A DNA stretch of 64,000 bases from Myxococcales bacterium (GCA_037445065.1 JBBILD010000003.1:160001-224000), one strand, 5' to 3'. Positions 51,732-62,869 are shown, counted from the stretch's first letter. The notes: a model not told the origin generated them from the letters alone. Numbers and translations are program-made.

Positions 51732-52021
51732 GCAGGGGTGGAATGTGTGCAGGGCAGCGACGAGCTGATGGCTGGGTAATGTCGACACACACGCGCGGTG
51801 ACTTCCGCAATCTGGGGAGGCGCGGTTCTGTTCGCTTGTCGCTCGTTTGCGGCCTTAGCTGTTGGTAACAAACATCTCCCATCCAGAAATTGAGCCTTTT
51901 GGTTTGAATCCCGCGGATAGATCGCGAGGCTGGCCGAGGATTGATCAGAGGGCGGTCGCGTTGCCCTAGTAGTTACTGCGGCTCCAATGGGTAAGGTAGT
52001 TCCAGAATCGGCTGGACAGGA

Positions 52022-54514
52022 TCACGCGTCGCTGGAGTGGTCGTCCAACCCCAGAAGGCGAAGGAGCCGAACGAAGTTGCTGGGCGTCATTCCTAAGATG
52101 CGGGCTGCTTGAGACCGTTTCCCATCAGCAGCAGATAAGGCCGCTTCTGCGAGGACTCTTTTGAGCACCAGGCATGCCTCCTGTAAACTAGGTCTAGGAA
52201 GTTTCAAATAAGCTTGCACAGCTTTCCTTAAGAGTTCCAAAAAGTTGTCTGCCGAGGTTTCCGCCATCGGTCCTAGGTCAAGGTCATCAGCATCCACCAC
52301 TGAGCATTTTCGTTTGTAAAGGCATCGGCCGATAACTTGCTTCAGTTCGCGAATATTACCTGGCCAATTGTAACTCATTAAGCGTGCCCACGCGGCGTCT
52401 GTAAGATGTACCTCGGAAGGGTAGTGGTCCTTATCCGGGCCGCTGAGAAGCTCGCGAACGAAGTGTTCCACCAGCAGTTTGATGTCTTCCTTTCGTTCCC
52501 GAAGGGGTGGCAAGATGAGATACGTTGCTTCAAGTCGCTGCTTCAGGTCGGGACGAAAGAGCTTGGCGCGCACAAGATGATCCAGGAACACGTGAGAAGC
52601 CGTAATGATGCGAACATTTACTTTGTCGCTTGTGTCTTTACCCAGAGGAATTATGTGACCACCCTCGACCGCACGGAGTAATTTGGCCTGCACATCTGGT
52701 TTAAGCGAGTCAACTTCGTCAATGAAAAAAGTCCCTTGATCACAGAGGCGAAAGAAGCCATCGCGGGCCTGGTCTGCCCCTGTAAAGGCACCCCGAGAGT
52801 GGCCGAATAAAGAGGCGTCTACCAACGCATCGGGTATGGTGGCGGCGTTCCACGCGAGATACGGCCCAACCCTTTTGCTGAGGCGGTGAATCGCGGCGGC
52901 CAGTAGCTCCTTGCCGACACCGGTCTCTCCGTAAATGATTAATGGTAGGTCGCAGCGAGCCAATCGCTCTGCCTTTTGAAGGACTCGAAGAAGTTTTGGG
53001 TGTTCCCCTACTATTTCGGGGAATTGTGATTTGAGGCGCCGCATCTCTTCTGGCGAAAACTGTGGTTGTTTTTGATTCCCGCGCCTGAAGTTGAATTTTT
53101 TTCCGAGGTCGAGTTTTAGCCGTGATTTACGCGAGGCTTGAGGTAGAAAGGAGTGGACCACTTCCGATTGTGTTTCGCTGAGGGGCAGTCGCCTGAGGAG
53201 CTCTACGATCCGTTTAAATTTTTCAAGTTGCGAACCGTTCGCTCCGTTGTCGACGAAGACGATTATTCCCGAATTGTCCGCTTCGCGCCCTCCCTCCCAG
53301 AACCGGCTCAGGATGACCGATGGCTGTAACTCAGTGCTAGAGCTTGCGTTGGCCAGATTTGTTTCTTCTTGCGCGGCGCCACGAGAGCGCAAAAGTTGTC
53401 GGAGGTAGTTCTCAAGAGCCATTGTGTTCGAGACCTGTTTCGGCAAACGCATCGCCATCCCCACGCTGCTGACCATCGCGAACGACCTGGAACTCCCTAA
53501 ACGCTGGAAGACCGCAACACCGATTGAGCGAAGCCAATCTTTTAACTCATTCATGAGCAGTTTTTCTGAATCAGATGGAGCAGCCGTGGATAATGCAGCC
53601 TGCGACTCGCCGTGCGACGAACTGGATGCTCGACTTGAGGCGGGCTGCCGCACCGATAAGGCGTAAGCGATCAGCGTGATCGCCACGACCAGGCTACATG
53701 TGATGTGCCGGACGGCCCACGTTACATCGGGGACGAACGAGGAAAACCAGAAGTATCCCCCGTCGGTAAGAATCCACAATGCCGCGCTTCCGAAAACCGC
53801 GTAGAAAGTCAACCGTAGCGACCTTGGAGGGATCTCGAACAGGTTCCAGCGCCAGGTGAGCTCAGCAAGTGTAACTAGGAAAACGCAATTGCCCACTGTG
53901 CCGAGGGCGATGGTCGGCATGTTATACACGGTCAGATAGTTCGTGATCGCAAATGGTAGAAAAACGGCGTTCAAAATCAGCCAAGTGCGGGCGCTGCGCC
54001 GATTCGGGTTCTCGGTAGGCGCCGTGGCTGCTCTCGTGCACCAGAACCCTCCGATCAAAACACTGGTCGTCAGAAAGAGTCCGTGAAGCAAGAACGTGTG
54101 CCCCTGGCTCATTCGTGTCGTGCCCCACACGTGATTTACGAGCGGGCCGAGTGCTTCGGGATGGCCCCAAATTGCGAGCGCCTGGAGAGTTGCGACCCCA
54201 TACCCGACCCAAACAGCCAATCGGGATTTCCCGCAGCCATTCTGGCCCGACCACACGCACGCGGTGTGAAGTACCGCAGCTGGAATGAAGGAAAAGGTAG
54301 CTAAGAGAAGGTGCAGAATCGGCAAGGCTCGGAGTTCAGGGATGCTCTGAAACGTCAGGCCTAGCGACCAAGGCAGGAGCGCTGCTAGTAGAATAGCGCC
54401 GGGCAAGGCCTTGACCGTGTCTTTTGCCAGGAGCCCTAGGACGATGGCCCCGATCAAGTTCCCAAAGCCAGCGAACAAGGACGTTTGCAACAGCATAGAC
54501 CTAACGAGTTCCAT
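52022..54514 (-). CDS. Membrane-anchored sigma54-dependent transcriptional activator (multi-TM sensor + AAA+ + Fis HTH)
   Basis: About 9 hydrophobic segments at the N-terminus; GETGVGKE, GAFTGA, FFIDEV, FRPDLKQRL, WPGNIREL, AARILG HTH; AAGGAGG SD before ATG 54514. Confidence 0.88.
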   Translation of the reverse strand: MELVRSMLLQTSLFAGFGNLIGAIVLGLLAKDTVKALPGAILLAALLPWSLGLTFQSIPELRALPILHLLLATFSFIPAAVLHTACVWSGQNGCGKSRLAVWVGYGVATLQALAIWGHPEALGPLVNHVWGTTRMSQGHTFLLHGLFLTTSVLIGGFWCTRAATAPTENPNRRSARTWLILNAVFLPFAITNYLTVYNMPTIALGTVGNCVFLVTLAELTWRWNLFEIPPRSLRLTFYAVFGSAALWILTDGGYFWFSSFVPDVTWAVRHITCSLVVAITLIAYALSVRQPASSRASSSSHGESQAALSTAAPSDSEKLLMNELKDWLRSIGVAVFQRLGSSRSFAMVSSVGMAMRLPKQVSNTMALENYLRQLLRSRGAAQEETNLANASSSTELQPSVILSRFWEGGREADNSGIIVFVDNGANGSQLEKFKRIVELLRRLPLSETQSEVVHSFLPQASRKSRLKLDLGKKFNFRRGNQKQPQFSPEEMRRLKSQFPEIVGEHPKLLRVLQKAERLARCDLPLIIYGETGVGKELLAAAIHRLSKRVGPYLAWNAATIPDALVDASLFGHSRGAFTGADQARDGFFRLCDQGTFFIDEVDSLKPDVQAKLLRAVEGGHIIPLGKDTSDKVNVRIITASHVFLDHLVRAKLFRPDLKQRLEATYLILPPLRERKEDIKLLVEHFVRELLSGPDKDHYPSEVHLTDAAWARLMSYNWPGNIRELKQVIGRCLYKRKCSVVDADDLDLGPMAETSADNFLELLRKAVQAYLKLPRPSLQEACLVLKRVLAEAALSAADGKRSQAARILGMTPSNFVRLLRLLGLDDHSSDA

Positions 54515-55057
54515 GGTCCCTCCTTTTTGCCTACTCAACTTTGGAAAGCGCTGACCGTTCAACCGTCTTCCGACCCCCCGGCCACCACCGCGAAGCGCCA
54601 TTGCCATTAAGGAGGGTCAGTTGTCAAGAGGCATGGAGATAACTGCATTTGGTCCCTAGTTGTGTCCACACAAAATCTGTGACTTCCCAAAGGCACGGTG
54701 AGGTGTTTGGCTACTTTTCGGCACTGCGAAGGGGTGGAACTGACGTTGCGCTCAGGTACCCAGAGAGTTGAAGTAAAAGTTCGGGATGCTGCACCGTTGC
54801 GCGAGGTCGCGATCAGGCGGAGTGAAAGGCTGACTGGAGCAGTCGTGAGCCTGTTTTCGCAGTTGGCGAGACTACATGAAGCGATCGAGTACTTGAGGCA
54901 GACTGAGGCACTAGGCGCTAGCTGATCAAATCTGACACGGTGAAGGGAGCGGAGAATCACAGACAGTGTGTCGACGGGTGCGGCACCTCAGCTTCGACGC
55001 CGTTGGGTTAGAGACACTCGTAAGACTGGCGTCGGTGGCCGACAGTTCTTGCCTTGT

Positions 55058-56200
55058 TCAGCGAAGCCTGAGCGACAGCACCAAGCCGAGGAGAGCAAAG
55101 GCGATGTTAGGCAGCCAGGCGAAGAAAACGGCGGCTGCGCCCGTACCGGTGGGTAAGGATTGCATGAAGAGCAAGAGTACCCAGTACAAGAAACCGAGTA
55201 CCATGGCCCCTAAGAGTGTCGTGTAGGTATGCTTCCGCCAACGATTGGCGGTGGCAAGAGGTACAAGCGTTAGGGTCAAGACCAGGGGAACGAATGGGAT
55301 CGCCAGTTTGGCGTGCAACTCGGGCAGCAGGTGAGAGGCATCTAGGCCGCGCGATCGCAGGCGACGAATCTGTGAATTCAGTTCAGTGAAACTCAGTTCT
55401 TCAGTCTCCCGCTGTAGTTCCAAAAAGTCGGGGAACGGTTCGAGACTGATCGCCACGGCGTGCTCATCAAGGAGAGGACCGGGCGACGTACCCGGGTATC
55501 CGGTACCTGGCAGTCGTGAGCCTTTCGTCGGGCGCCAACGGTCGCCTGTCCACTCCACAACTGGAAACCAAAGAGCGTCTCTTAGCTGAAAGTTCTGGTC
55601 AAGCTGATAAATGGTGAGACCCCGCAGTGCGTGATTTTTCCGATCGACCATCGAGACGTGATAAAAGCCCAGTCGGCCACGCAACCACACTTCTTGTTCC
55701 GCCAGGAATGTGCGCCTGTCTCGCAGTTTGATTTGGGTCAAGTTGATTTGCTGGGCCCTGCTCGCAGTGGGAGGGACCAGGGTTTCGTTCCAAACGAGTA
55801 GGAAAATAGAGAATCCTGACATGGTGATGATCAGTGGTCCGAACAGGGCGGAAGGTCCGAATCCTGACGCGCGCAAGGCCAGGACCTCGCCCGACCGATT
55901 GGCTAGCGTAAGGGCAATCACAAGAGCTGCTCCGATGCTTGGTGGAGCCGTCTGCGAAACAATCAGGGGCAACTTTAGGCCGTAGTAGGCCAGCATCGTC
56001 GTCGCACTGACATTGTTCTTAACGACATAGGGTGCCCGCTCGAACCAATCGATGATCACGTACACGCCGACCCCAACGGCCTGAATCACTACGGCGAACG
56101 TGAAGATGCGTCGGAGAAAGTAGCGGGTGACCAGCCATGGGAAGCGACTAAAAGAGGAGGCGTACAGCGTGGCCTGAATCGGCTCCTGAGGATTGGACAT
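55058..56200 (-). CDS. lptG: LPS export ABC permease LptG
   Basis: E..ALRASG, NETLVP, periplasmic jellyroll, K.A.PF, AWLPN; downstream of lptF. Confidence 0.85.
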   Translation of the reverse strand: MSNPQEPIQATLYASSFSRFPWLVTRYFLRRIFTFAVVIQAVGVGVYVIIDWFERAPYVVKNNVSATTMLAYYGLKLPLIVSQTAPPSIGAALVIALTLANRSGEVLALRASGFGPSALFGPLIITMSGFSIFLLVWNETLVPPTASRAQQINLTQIKLRDRRTFLAEQEVWLRGRLGFYHVSMVDRKNHALRGLTIYQLDQNFQLRDALWFPVVEWTGDRWRPTKGSRLPGTGYPGTSPGPLLDEHAVAISLEPFPDFLELQRETEELSFTELNSQIRRLRSRGLDASHLLPELHAKLAIPFVPLVLTLTLVPLATANRWRKHTYTTLLGAMVLGFLYWVLLLFMQSLPTGTGAAAVFFAWLPNIAFALLGLVLSLRLR

Positions 56201-56213
56201 TTGAGAGCCTATT

Positions 56214-57326
56214 TCAGTGGTTCCGCAAACGAGATCCTGAAAGCGTTAGGGAGCCTACTGTCAGTACGAACACGGCTAGGACCGGCATGAGGGCCCCAAG
56301 GGGAGGCGAGAGTGCTCGGTGCACGGTGAGCACCTCGCCGAGAGTGAGCGCCAGATAGTACACGATGGCTGCGGCTGCCCCCATCAGTCCAACGCTGCCG
56401 TACGAGACTTTCGTCCGGTTTAGGATCGGGGAAGTGGCGGCGAAGGCAAAAACAAGGCAGGCAAACGGCGTAAAGACGCGACGAAAGAATTCCAGGCGCA
56501 TCGACATGATGCTTGCCTGACCGTCTTGTAAGCTCGGGGGTGCGCGATCCAGAAGTTGGCGCAAGCTCATTTCAGTAGGGCGCCGTTGTCCCAGCGCCTC
56601 CCCCGATTCCAGAGATGGGAGCCGCCAGTCAAGCTGCTTAAAGCTTGTGGTTTCAACTTCTTTGCTTTCTCGGCTAAGCGAAAGGATCGTGCCGTCTTCT
56701 AATCGTAATGTTCGCGCTAGACCCTGTGAGCCTGGTAAGATGGTACCTCGTTTCGCGGTAGCGACCTGGCGGCGTTCGGGAGCCCGGCTGTCCGACAGGA
56801 GAATCCCTTGCAGGACAGTTCCGTCCTGAGAAATGTTCGAGACGTAAATCACAAGATTCTTTCCAATCGACACGAACACCTGACTTTGAAGGAACGCTGT
56901 GGGATCCGCCACCGCCAGTGTAGCGAGTCGCTCTCGAAGAGATGCGAGTGCCGCTGGGCGCAATACGGATGCTGAAAAAAAGGTGGCAAATGCCACCAGC
57001 AAAGAAAGGACGGTGATTGGAAACAAGAGCACCGTCGGGCTGCCTCCGAGTGCATAGAGAGCGTGGAGTTCTCCCTCGTTACGAAGTCGAACGAGAACGG
57101 ATGCGATTCCAACATAGAGTGCTAACGGCACCAGAAGTTCTAGGAGCGTTGGCATCAACAACAAGCAAATCGCCGCGATGTCGAAGAAACTAATTCCAGG
57201 CTGCCCTAAAATCCGACCGAAGCGGAGCAGGCGCAGGCTGAGAAACGTGAAACCGAGGAAGCCCGCCGCAACCGCTGAGGAGCGAACGACGGACCGGATG
57301 ACGTAGTGATGAAGGATCGCCACCAA
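56214..57326 (-). CDS. lptF: LPS export ABC permease LptF
   Basis: ILHHYVIR, RL..EGEL.AL.A.G, TAKRG, LEDG, PFACL.F. Confidence 0.82.
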   Translation of the reverse strand: MVAILHHYVIRSVVRSSAVAAGFLGFTFLSLRLLRFGRILGQPGISFFDIAAICLLLMPTLLELLVPLALYVGIASVLVRLRNEGELHALYALGGSPTVLLFPITVLSLLVAFATFFSASVLRPAALASLRERLATLAVADPTAFLQSQVFVSIGKNLVIYVSNISQDGTVLQGILLSDSRAPERRQVATAKRGTILPGSQGLARTLRLEDGTILSLSRESKEVETTSFKQLDWRLPSLESGEALGQRRPTEMSLRQLLDRAPPSLQDGQASIMSMRLEFFRRVFTPFACLVFAFAATSPILNRTKVSYGSVGLMGAAAAIVYYLALTLGEVLTVHRALSPPLGALMPVLAVFVLTVGSLTLSGSRLRNH

Positions 57327-58100
57327 AAACGGCTAGTAACCCAAAACAGGCAACGAGAAAAGTCGAGGGGTAACGCTTCAGTCTGGTTGGACTCGTTTCA
57401 CGCCATTGAGTCTTGGCTCCGCACAGCGCCCGGGCGTATCATACGCATTGAAGCCTCGCCTCCTCTCAGCGCGCGGGTCCGCCGCTTGCTTGCGATGGCG
57501 AGGACAATCGGCGTCCAGTGTGTGCTGCGAGCCGAGCGGGAACGCGAGAGGGGGACAGTAGGGCGGCTAGTGGCAGAGTGCCAACCTTTCCCATATCGAG
57601 AACTCGGCGAATTAGAACTTAAAGAATGCGGATCCGGGCTGGTCATTGCACTGGATCACGTGCTCGATCCCCGCAACGTTGGAGCCATTATTCGGACAGC
57701 CGAAGCCTTCGGTGCACTTGCTGTCATCTTGCCTGTGGATCGCGCTGCCCCGGTTACAGCCGAGGTGGAGCGGGCAAGTGCGGGTGCGACAGCTACCCTC
57801 CCGATTGTTCGGGTGGTGAACTTACCCAGAGCATTGGACGAACTGAAAAGGAAGGGATTCTGGGTGGTTGCCTTGGATCGGCGGGGTGAGGAAAGCCTTT
57901 TTAAGGCGCAACTCCCCCAGAGGATGATATGTGTCTTGGGTGGAGAAGAAGGCATGGGGCGCCTAGTCATGGCACGTGCAGATCACGTCGTAGCGATTCC
58001 AACCGTTGGCAAAGTGGAATCACTCAACGTGAGCGTCGCCGCCGGAATCGCGATGTTCGCTTGGATAACGCAAAATCCGCCGACTGGAAGCAACTGCTGA
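57309..58100 (+). CDS. rlmB: 23S rRNA Gm2251 methyltransferase (TrmH/SpoU family)
   Basis: LD...DPRN.GAIIRTA, SAGA, V.NL, G.EEG, IP..GKVESLNVSVAA. Start uncertain. Confidence 0.88.
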   Translation: MKDRHQKRLVTQNRQREKSRGNASVWLDSFHAIESWLRTAPGRIIRIEASPPLSARVRRLLAMARTIGVQCVLRAERERERGTVGRLVAECQPFPYRELGELELKECGSGLVIALDHVLDPRNVGAIIRTAEAFGALAVILPVDRAAPVTAEVERASAGATATLPIVRVVNLPRALDELKRKGFWVVALDRRGEESLFKAQLPQRMICVLGGEEGMGRLVMARADHVVAIPTVGKVESLNVSVAAGIAMFAWITQNPPTGSNC

Positions 58101-58491
58101 ATTCCGAGCCGATACGACAGCTCTTTTTCTCTCGCAAGCCTTAAGCCTTTACTGTGCCGCGCGTGAGACTGTACCAACAAGTACTTGCGCCAAGAAGATT
58201 TCACCGTCGTCCAGGGAAGGGTGGGGCGGGCGGTAATAAACGAGGCTGAGGAGCCCGAGTCCCAACTTGCGTAAAAGGACAGCGAAGCCTGGGATCCCTA
58301 CCGGGGGTTAGGCCGTCTCCGTCGGCAAGGGCTCCAACCGCCAACATGCCGCCCAAGGATCACTCGGATTCGTTGCAAACATGACCACAATTTAAAAAAG
58401 TAAGCTTTAGTTGATAGACTATCTTGAATAAACGTGATATAAATTTCATCCATGTTCATGAACTTAAAAAAGTCCAGAAAGGAGGCATGGA

Positions 58492-60195
58492 ATGAGCAAC
58501 CAGCGTTTTCCGAGCGCAGATGACTCTAAACGAGTTCAGAAGCGCCCTGGCTTGGTAAGCTCCTGGTGGGGACTGATCTCGGATGCTGGCGGTTTGGTGC
58601 CCCCGCAGGCAGCTGAGGGGAATGAACGACGCATCGCGGTTGAACCCGAGCTTGAGGCGATCACGCTACAACTACTTGGATCACTGAGGCAATTTTTCGA
58701 AAGTTGCCTTGAACGTGGAAACGTTGAGCTGGTTACATTGGCGCAATCGTTCACCGATACATGTCGCTCTCTCTTTTGTGCCGACGCGGCGTTGTACGTC
58801 ATTTCTGAAAGTGGAGAGTTTGAACGGCGCGGCGAAGCGCCATTACCATCTCGGATTCGAGCTCGGGTGTCTGGAGAAACGGCTCCGCCAGGAATCAGGT
58901 TAGTCTCAGGCGTGGAGTGCTTGAGTCCTGTCGGAGAAAGCAATTATGAGCAATCGGGTAGCGTATGTTTTCCCGCCTCCGCATCGCGCATCTTTTTTGT
59001 TCCGCTTTGGAGAGAAGAGGATCTCATGGGACTTGTTCTTGTTCGACTCCCAGCGGAGGATCGGCTCACGCGGATTGAAGAGGAAATATTGCTTTCGCTG
59101 TGTGGTTACTTAGGGGCCTGGTGTCGACACGACCCACTGGTTGCCACAAAGCAGGAGGATCGCAGGGCGCAACTTGAGAACCCCGAGCATTTGGAAACCT
59201 TGGAACGACGGAGTGAGCCCACTTGTCATGACACGGACGGAGCACGGGTTCGTTACGAACGAGATCACGGGCTAGTGGGAAAGAGCGAGGTGTTTCTTGA
59301 GACGCTTGACCGTGCGGTCCAATGGGCGCAGGCAGATGAGCCAGTACTCATCGTCGGTGAAACTGGCACCGGCAAGGAGCTGATCGCTCGGATGATTCAC
59401 GCATGTAGCAACCGGAACGGAGGCCCCTTTGTGACGTTGAATTGCCCGGCGATCCCGAGGGACCTCGCGGAGTCCGAACTTTTCGGACACGAGAGAGGGG
59501 CCTTTACTGGGGCGACTGATTCGCGGGCGGGGAAGTTCGAGCTGGCTGACGGGGGCACGCTGTTTATGGACGAAATCGCCGATTTGCCGTACCCACTACA
59601 GGCAAAGCTGCTGCGAGTCCTCCAAGAGGGCGAAATCGACCGAATAGGCGGCACGAAACCCAAAAAGGTGAACGTCCGTGTAATCGCTGCTACGAATCGC
59701 GACCTCAATGAGGCGGTAGATTTGGGTCAGTTTCGGCACGATCTTTTCTTTCGGCTGAGTGCGCTGCCCCTCGTGGTCCCACCCCTGCGCCATCGCCCGG
59801 GCGATGCGGAACATTTGGCTTGGCATTTTTTGCAAGAAGCGCGAAAACGGTACCGGAAGGATGTCCGTGGGTTCACTCAGGCGGCGCTCGTGATTTTGCG
59901 GCAACACTCGTGGCCGGGAAACGTTAGGCAGCTAAAACACACCGTTGAACGAGCGGTCCTCACCGAGCCAGGACCTTTTATCAATCTTCCGGATTTATCA
60001 GAAGCGAGGGCGTCGGCCGAGCCTCTTACGTTGAACGGCTTGCTAAAATTGGAGAAGGCTCAGCGGGTGACGGCCGTTTTGAAGCAGACGCGGGGCAATT
60101 GCGCTCAGGCAGCGCGGGAACTCGGCATGTCGCGAGGGAACTTCGCACGGCTGCTGAAGACGCTGGGGCTTAATCCTAGGTACTTTCAGCGGTAA
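58492..60195 (+). CDS. Sigma54-dependent transcriptional activator with N-terminal GAF-like domain
   Basis: GETGTGKE, ESELFGHERGAFTGA, LFMDEI, FRHDLFFRL, WPGNVRQL, HTH; AGGAGG SD; no receiver domain. Confidence 0.93.
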   Translation: MSNQRFPSADDSKRVQKRPGLVSSWWGLISDAGGLVPPQAAEGNERRIAVEPELEAITLQLLGSLRQFFESCLERGNVELVTLAQSFTDTCRSLFCADAALYVISESGEFERRGEAPLPSRIRARVSGETAPPGIRLVSGVECLSPVGESNYEQSGSVCFPASASRIFFVPLWREEDLMGLVLVRLPAEDRLTRIEEEILLSLCGYLGAWCRHDPLVATKQEDRRAQLENPEHLETLERRSEPTCHDTDGARVRYERDHGLVGKSEVFLETLDRAVQWAQADEPVLIVGETGTGKELIARMIHACSNRNGGPFVTLNCPAIPRDLAESELFGHERGAFTGATDSRAGKFELADGGTLFMDEIADLPYPLQAKLLRVLQEGEIDRIGGTKPKKVNVRVIAATNRDLNEAVDLGQFRHDLFFRLSALPLVVPPLRHRPGDAEHLAWHFLQEARKRYRKDVRGFTQAALVILRQHSWPGNVRQLKHTVERAVLTEPGPFINLPDLSEARASAEPLTLNGLLKLEKAQRVTAVLKQTRGNCAQAARELGMSRGNFARLLKTLGLNPRYFQR

Positions 60196-60537
60196 AGCTG
60201 CCTACTGCCAGTTGATTGGAAAACACGTGAATACTCTCACGGCCGCTTCCTAACGTCCCGCAGTGGACTCAACGGCTCTGTGCCGTTGAGAAGGTTTCGA
60301 GAGGACAGTGGGAGGGGCAGCATCTGAGTTTTTTGCTGGGGGTTGTTTCTTAGTTTGACAGGGCCTTCCTTGTCGAGGCAACCCCTTTCGGCTTGGAGCG
60401 TTTTGCAGGTGTGAGCGTTTTTGGCCTCTAGAGCCTACGATCACCAAAAATGTGACGCGGAAGTGGAAGGCTGCGCTAGTGTCACCGCAAGGCATCGCGG
60501 GCTTATCACTTGGCTGGGATTTTAAAACGAGGCGCCG

Positions 60538-60566
60538 TTGACACGGAGCTTGGGTTCGACTAACGG
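60538..60566 (+). promoter_or_regulatory. Putative sigma70-type promoter of the tRNA-tuf cluster
   Basis: TTGACA-17 nt-TAACGG. Confidence 0.4.
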
Positions 60567-60665
60567 ACAAAGTTCCGCGGGATCATGGTCCTGCAGCGGT
60601 GAGGTGAAAGGTTAGGAGTAATTTCAGCGTGCGCTGGACCCAGGAGGAGAAAGAGTTCGGGTGGA

Positions 60666-60738
60666 GCCGATGTAGCTCAACCGGCAGAGCGACTGACTTG
60701 TAATCAGTAGGTTGCCAGTTCGAGTCTGGCCATCGGCT
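60666..60738 (+). tRNA. tRNA-Thr(TGT)
   Basis: GCCGATG...CATCGGC-T, anticodon loop CT-TGT-AA. Confidence 0.97.
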
Positions 60739-60759
60739 TCGTTATGCATGCGGTGTTTC

Positions 60760-60842
60760 GGAGAGGTACCCGAGCGGCCAAAGGGAGCAGACTGTAAATC
60801 TGCCGGCGCAAGCCTTCGGAGGTTCGAATCCTCCCCTCTCCA
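60760..60842 (+). tRNA. tRNA-Tyr(GTA)
   Basis: GGAGAGG...CCTCTCC-A, anticodon loop CT-GTA-AA, long variable arm. Confidence 0.97.
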
Positions 60843-60908
60843 TGTGGTGGATTAGACATGAACGCTTGCTACACGGTTGTACTTAAGGCAAAGTTTGATG
60901 GTGGATTT

Positions 60909-60981
60909 GCGGGAGTAGCTCAGTTGGCAGAGCATCAGCCTTCCAAGCTGAGGGTCGCGGGTTCGAGTCCCGTTTCCCGCT
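60909..60981 (+). tRNA. tRNA-Gly(TCC)
   Basis: GCGGGAG...TTCCCGC-T, anticodon loop CT-TCC-AA. Confidence 0.97.
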
Positions 60982-61039
60982 TCTATTGGTCTTTTTACGA
61001 GCTGACGCTCATCGGGAACGACACAGGCTGCGAGTCTGC

Positions 61040-61113
61040 GCCCAGGTAGCTCAGTCGGTTAGAGCACCTCCTTGGTAAGGAGGAGGTCGGCGGTTCGACT
61101 CCGCTCCTGGGCT
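61040..61113 (+). tRNA. tRNA-Thr(GGT)
   Basis: GCCCAGG...CCTGGGC-T, anticodon loop TT-GGT-AA. Confidence 0.97.
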
Positions 61114-61167
61114 CTGTGGCGTATGGTGGCGTAAGGGAGTGAGAGTAGTGGGTAGGAGGTAAGAGAG

Positions 61168-62358
<1,191 letters not shown>

Positions 62359-62366
62359 GGTGAGGG

Positions 62367-62519
62367 ATGCGCGAGATCATTTCGCTCCAATGCGATGGGT
62401 GTAAGCGCCGGAACTACACGACCACGAAAAATCGGAAGACCATGTCTGACAAACTCACGCTCAGAAAGTTCTGCCCTTTTTGCCGTAAGCATACGGCCCA
62501 TAAGAAGGCCAAGGTTTAG
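62367..62519 (+). CDS. rpmG: 50S ribosomal protein L33 (zinc-binding form; absent from the ORF track)
   Basis: Translated by hand: [50 protein letters not shown]. Confidence 0.97.
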   Translation: MREIISLQCDGCKRRNYTTTKNRKTMSDKLTLRKFCPFCRKHTAHKKAKV

Positions 62520-62549
62520 AGTTTGACCGTCACCGTTCAACCCATCTAT

Positions 62550-62623
62550 GGGTCAGTAGCTCTAATTGGTAGAGCACCGGACTCCAAATCCGGGGGTTGC
62601 AGGTTCGAGCCCTGCCTGACCCG
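62550..62623 (+). tRNA. tRNA-Trp(CCA)
   Basis: GGGTCAG...CTGACCC-G, anticodon loop CT-CCA-AA; rpmG-trnW-secE synteny. Confidence 0.97.
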
Positions 62624-62674
62624 CGTTCGTAGCGTTGTATCTCATGGCGTAGAAAGAGTTTGCGTGTGAGCCAA

Positions 62675-62869
62675 ATGGCGGAGTTATTGCGTCGTTCCGT
62701 TCTTTTCCTTCGCGAGGTGCAAGTAGAGTTGGGCAAGGTGCATTGGCCATCGCGCAAAGAAACGTACGCTGCTACAATTATTATTCTTGTACTGACGTTT
62801 TTAATGGCTGCGTATTTGGGTGCTGTGGACTTTGCGGTCTCTCGTGTTCTCCGAATGTTTCTCCAGTAG
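62675..62869 (+). CDS. secE: Preprotein translocase subunit SecE
   Basis: FLREV..EL.KV.WPSRKE followed by a single TM. Confidence 0.95.
   Translation: MAELLRRSVLFLREVQVELGKVHWPSRKETYAATIIILVLTFLMAAYLGAVDFAVSRVLRMFLQ

Noticed and set aside
54707..54724. Sigma54-like element TTGGCTACTTTTCGGCA
   Set aside because: Spacing is correct but the match is poor, and it lies inside the only candidate downstream ORF.
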